64,000 bases of DNA, from assembly GCF_009914755.1 (NCBI RefSeq), contig NC_060929.1. One strand, written 5' to 3'. Shown in pieces: positions 58,763 to 64,000 of the stretch (position 1 is the first letter of the stretch; each line of letters opens with the position of its first letter). A program made the position numbers and the translations under genes. The notes under the pieces are model-generated. The model ran no database searches. It saw only the letters and a list, made by a program, of their open reading frames with translations, and was not told the origin of the DNA. The stretch comes from the human T2T-CHM13v2.0 reference genome, Homo sapiens.

Positions 58763-60489
58763 CACCAGAGATTCTAACACACTTCTCTCAGTAGTTTCTA
58801 AGATCAAGCAGACCAAAAAATAATAATTCAACAATGTTTTAAAAGATTTAACCAACAAAATGAATAAGCTAGACACAATTGAGTGTATTAATCACTGAAA
58901 AATATGTATTATTTGTAAGTAAAAACAGAACATTTACAAAAATTGACCTTATGCTGTCTACAAAGAGTGTCTCTAAAATTGGTAAAGGATATGAATCAGA
59001 CAGACTTTGCTCTGACCATAGTGGAATAAAGCTAGAAATAGCTCTTTAAAATGTAACTGAAAAAAATCTCTAAATCTTTGGAGGTTAACCAGAACACTGT
59101 TAAACAAACCAGGAATCAAAAAAGAAATAATAGAAACCAAACATATGTGAAATGAATTAAGATTAGAAAAAGAGCAAAATTTGTAGGAGGCAGCTAAAGT
59201 TTCTTAGAAATGGAATCATAAGTTATCATTTATTGCCTTACATTGTTTTCATATATTAATAGCTATTATTTAAAATAAGGCCATAAAATGAACACTACCA
59301 GCAGCTATCCTATTAAATTAGACAAAGGAATGCAAAACAAACTTAAGGATTAATGATAAACAAAGGCAAGAAGTAATATAGATAGGAGTAGAGAGAAATA
59401 GGAAAGAAAATTACAAAGAAGAGAGTCAAAGTTAAAAGATTTTTTAGAAACTAATCAAATCAATAAACCCATGGTGAAAATGATTTAAGGAATATGAGCA
59501 AAAGAAAAGATAAGCAATATCTAGAATGATAAAGGAGGTTCTAGGACAGATATTACAAACATCACAAAGATAATAAGATAATACTATGAGGATTTTCCTG
59601 TGAAAAATACACATCAGTGTTCAGTCGAAATAAAAAAGTTACTTGAAAAAATATTTTATCAAAACTGATATAAGATGTAAAAAACACTAAATGCCCTATA
59701 ACTATTAGAAAATTAGATCTAAAATTAACAGCATATCAATGAAAAAAATCCAGATCAAGATGGCTTTATCAGTTAGTTCACCAAATATTCAAGAAAAAAA
59801 TTATCACCAGGCTTAAATTTTTCTACACACTAGAATAAAAGGAAAAATGTCCTTGTTCATCTTATGAGGTTTGCATAACCTTGATACCAAAACCTGTCAA
59901 GCATATTAAAGGAAACCATAGGCTGATATAATAATCATAGGTGAAAAATATTTTAATGTCGAATTCAGCTATATATAAAAAGATTAACATATCATGAAGA
60001 GTTTGGGCTTATTCTAGGAAAAAGAATGGTTCAAGGTTTGAAAACAGTCACTGTAATTCACACCTCATTAACAGAATAAAGGAGAAAAACCATGATCATC
60101 TCAACTAATAAAAAGCATTTAATAAAATTAAACACTCATTCACACTAGTTTTAAAAATAACTAATAGAAAGCTGAGAACAAAAGTAGATTTCTTCATTTG
60201 TCAAAGAAGAAAGCATGCACACACAGAAACCTACAGCAAAATTATACTTGATAGAAAATGTTAAAAGTTTTCCTTGAAACATCAGGAATGTTATAGTAAT
60301 ACCCACTAATGCTACTTGTATTAAATACTACACTGGAGGTTATGATCAGTGTAATAAGGGAAGAAAAAAGGAAAAAAAGGTAAAAGAATAAGAGTGGAGG
60401 AAACAATACTGTTATTTGTAAATGACATAATTACATATATAAAAATATGTTGAACATTTCTGCTTTCAAGGTCAATATATCAAAAATTA

Positions 60490-60614
60490 GGACAGGCGCA
60501 GTGGCTCAAGCATGCATTCCCAGCACTTTGAAAGGCCAAGGTGGGAGGATCACTTGAGCCTCAGAATTTGAGACCAGCCTGGACAACATAGCAAGATCCT
60601 GTCTGTAAAAAAAA
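60490..60614 (+). mobile_element. FLAM_C-like Alu monomer
   Basis: ggacaggcgcagtggctca...ggaggatcacttgagcc...gcaagatcctgtct followed by an A tail. Confidence 0.85.
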
Positions 60615-60651
60615 GAATTGCTTTCCTATGCCAGCAATCATTAGAAAATGA

Positions 60652-61060
<409 letters not shown>

Positions 61061-63569
61061 AAGAGTAATTTTTAAAGGACTTCCACAAATGGAGAGTTAC
61101 TCATGTTCATCAATTAGATAAATCATTATTGTGAAGATTATGTCAGTCATTTCTCCTTAAAATGATCTATAGTTTGAATGCAATCTCAATTAGAATTTAA
61201 ACAGTCATTTTGGGAGAAAAATAACAAGCTTATCTAAAGTTTACATGAAAATTACAGAGGCCAAGAATATTGAAGGTGTTCCTGAAGAACAATAAGGAAT
61301 TATTTGTTCTATCAGTTTTCAATTTTTTTAAATAACAAAACAATGGAGTACATAGATTATATTAAAGAATATTCTCATAATCTGAATTACAAAATCAATA
61401 ATAAAAAGAATACTTAAAATGCAACCCATAAAGGGAAAGATAGCTAAATTAAACTATTCAAGAAAAATTGTATTCATTAAAACACACCACTGAAATGAAA
61501 AGACAAGAGAGGGTGGAGAATGAACATTTTCTGTAACTATAAACAACAAAGAATTTTTGAATTTGTGGATTTCTTACCAATGAATAATAAAGACCAACAT
61601 TGCAATACAAAAAAATAAAGAAGACCTACACATAGACACTCCACAAAAGAGAATATTCAAATGAACAATACATACTTGGAAAGCTCCTAAACCTTATGAT
61701 TCAACATGGAACTAGAATTTCAAAATGCAATAATATTACCACTACATACCAACAATAGTGGCAATAGTAAAAATTATTGACAACACCCAATGTTTTAGAA
61801 CATGTACATCAATAGAACATTTATTCTTGGGAGTATAAACTGGTACAACCACCTCAGAAAAGACATCATTATCTATGTAAGTTAAACATGATTGTCGCTT
61901 CAGGACCAAGTAATTTCCTTCCTAAGCCTATATGCAACAAAAATACATGCACGTATGTACCAAAAAACGTTTGCAAGAATATGCATAGCAAAATTATTTA
62001 TTCTACTTTTAAGTTAGAAACAATCCAAATATCAACAGTAGAATGGATAAATTGTGGTATAACCATGCAATGAAATGCTATCAAATAAAACCCCATAGGT
62101 ACATGCAATGACACTGATGAAGCTCCAAAACTTGATGCTGAGCAAAAGATGGCAACCAAAACACAGTATGCAGTATATTACTGTTTTACATAAACTTCAA
62201 AAATAACCTATGGAAGTCATGACACTGCTTACCAGGAGGAGCTGTGTTTTAATGAGAAGGGGCATGAGGAGGGCTTCTGGGGTCAATATTCTATTCTTTA
62301 TAACATCAACTCTGAAGATAGAAAAGGTTTCTCAGGGCCTGCTATATATTGAACACTGGTGTATGAATGGCCATTAGACTGTTCACTGTATAACTTATAA
62401 TTTAAAGGCAAAAGAATGGGGATACACAACAAGGTATTTAAGTTCAAGGTCCCAGGCTTGGTTGCTTTCTTATGCTGATATAATCCATTTGTGTCAGCCT
62501 TTCATCAAATTTGTAACCAAACTGCAACTATGTATGGTGATTTGGGGCATCAGAAGCTGCATCTGAACACCTGAAGTCTCTGTGATGATGCTGCAGTTAG
62601 TCCTTGATCTGCATCTTTTTTTTAAGCTAAATAAATTTGGTGCTGCATAAGCCTAATTGTGTTTTGAGAGTTTGGTCGGGGATTCAAACTGACACACCCC
62701 CTCCAGAAGCCTTGTAGATTGGGAAGTTGCATGCTTATGTCTCCTTTGTGGTAATTAGCTGATTTGTGTACTTTTCTATGTGTGTTTTCACTTCAGTGTA
62801 AAAGTGTATGAAAATTAAATAGCCTTCAGGTCCCAGGCTGAACCTTCCCATTTCCATGTAGTGCTGTCTGATTACCACAAGAAAACCAGGGTAGAGGAGT
62901 AAGAGTTTATGATGCAAGATACATAGATACACACCCACTCAATATATACAGACATGTATGTCTGTGTATCGCCACTGCTTAGAATAGTAGTTATTCCCAA
63001 GAGATTAACCTCAAAATGTGTAACTAAAGATTTCCACAGTTTCTGCCTTTTTCTTTTGAGAGTTTTATATCTCCTTTGTCTATAACGATACTACAAGTTA
63101 GCCATTTTTTCAGATTTTCATTATGGAACTTTTGTCAGTTGGTGGACACTGTTTCATTGCAATGAAGCATTTTCCCAATTCACAGGAGTTAGAAATTAAA
63201 AAAGAAAAGATCAAGGAGGGTGAGTTGATTAGGAGATGCAAGACAGTTGGCAAGTCCCCCTCACTAAGTTATTATTTAAGGCAGACCAGACTTAAGACAT
63301 AAGAAAGTCCAAGCCACGCCCCTACAGATTTTTAAATTTCTACCTGACACAGACATGGTTGCCATAAAAAGTAATAACACTGATTACAAAATCTACAAAT
63401 GTCAATAAGTCTAGACAATGATGACAGTTTTATCCATTTCTTGTCTTGCCTAAGCAAGTACAAGTCACCTAAGGTCAGCTTTGTTCCTAGCAAGCATTGA
63501 ATAAATTGTAACAAAATAAGTAAAATGAATGAAAATGGGCTATGTTTATTTATTTTTAACTTATTTAAT

Positions 63570-63668
63570 TCTGGAACATCAAGAATTCTGTCAGGATGAA
63601 CAAATGCTTAAGATAACACTTGTAAACTGGGACTGTCCTGTCTAGCCAGAATGTATGGTCAGTCTACA
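63570..63668. mobile_element. MER94-like hAT-Blackjack fragment
   Basis: End aactgggactgtcctg...gaatgtatggtcagtcta resembles the Blackjack terminal repeat. Confidence 0.45.
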
Positions 63669-63769
63669 CCCGACCCATGTAATTTTTATATAGTATCTCT
63701 TTTACTTCCAAAGTGTTCCAGAGTGAACAGAAGTTTAGCTGGTTATTCTATTCAAAGAAATGCTTTCCC

Positions 63770-64000
63770 ATCACTTAGCTGTAACTAGAATAATATCATG
63801 TAAAAAGCAACCATAATTTGTCAGTGGCATAGAATAAATGTTTAGCTGACAAGCATGTGTATTGGTTTGTAGGTAGCTAATTTAAGCTGGAGTGACTCAA
63901 CTGCATCTCTTTCTCATCCTCCTTCTTAGACTCAGTGGTCTAACATGGGCTGTTTCTTATGCTGATGGCAGAGAGCAAGACCAAATGCACAACACTCCCC
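63770..64000 (-). mobile_element. Old MaLR LTR (MLT1H/G-like), runs off the window
   Basis: tcagtggcatagaataaa...tctcatcctcct...ttcttatgctgatggcagagagcaaga. Confidence 0.5.

Noticed and set aside
57555-58777. Cluster of 60-126 aa ORFs
   Set aside because: Fragments of MaLR internal sequence.
62950-62967. Small palindrome acagacat-gt-atgtctgt (also tacctac/gtaggta near 40272)
   Set aside because: Arms of 7-8 bp in low-complexity sequence are expected by chance in 64 kb.

Overview
This is AT-rich, CpG-depleted primate genomic DNA (human-like: AluY/AluS, L1PA5/L1PA8 and HERV-K-class LTRs). It is dominated by transposable elements and has no host protein-coding gene that I can recognise. Main content: a full-length L1PA5-like element on - (33.5-39.7 kb, 14-bp TSD) and a full-length L1PA8-like element on + (47.1-53.4 kb), both with broken ORFs. 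There are also several L1PA13-16 and ancient L1M fragments, six Alus, two FLAMs, four ERV solo LTRs (MER4E-like, LTR3, two oppositely oriented MER9), a truncated THE1D/MSTA provirus, old DNA transposons, MIR/L2 and microsatellites. Nearly all longer ORFs in the track are L1, Alu or MaLR fragments. I found no supportable novel biological system. The most notable structures are a perfect 26-bp inverted repeat at 4.7 kb, one L1 target site apparently used twice, an LTR3 splitting an Alu, a deep nested-insertion pile at 42.8-62.3 kb with an ancient deletion, and a weak candidate exon near base 400. Subfamily names come from recalled consensus motifs read by eye, not from a RepeatMasker run, and boundaries of old elements are approximate.
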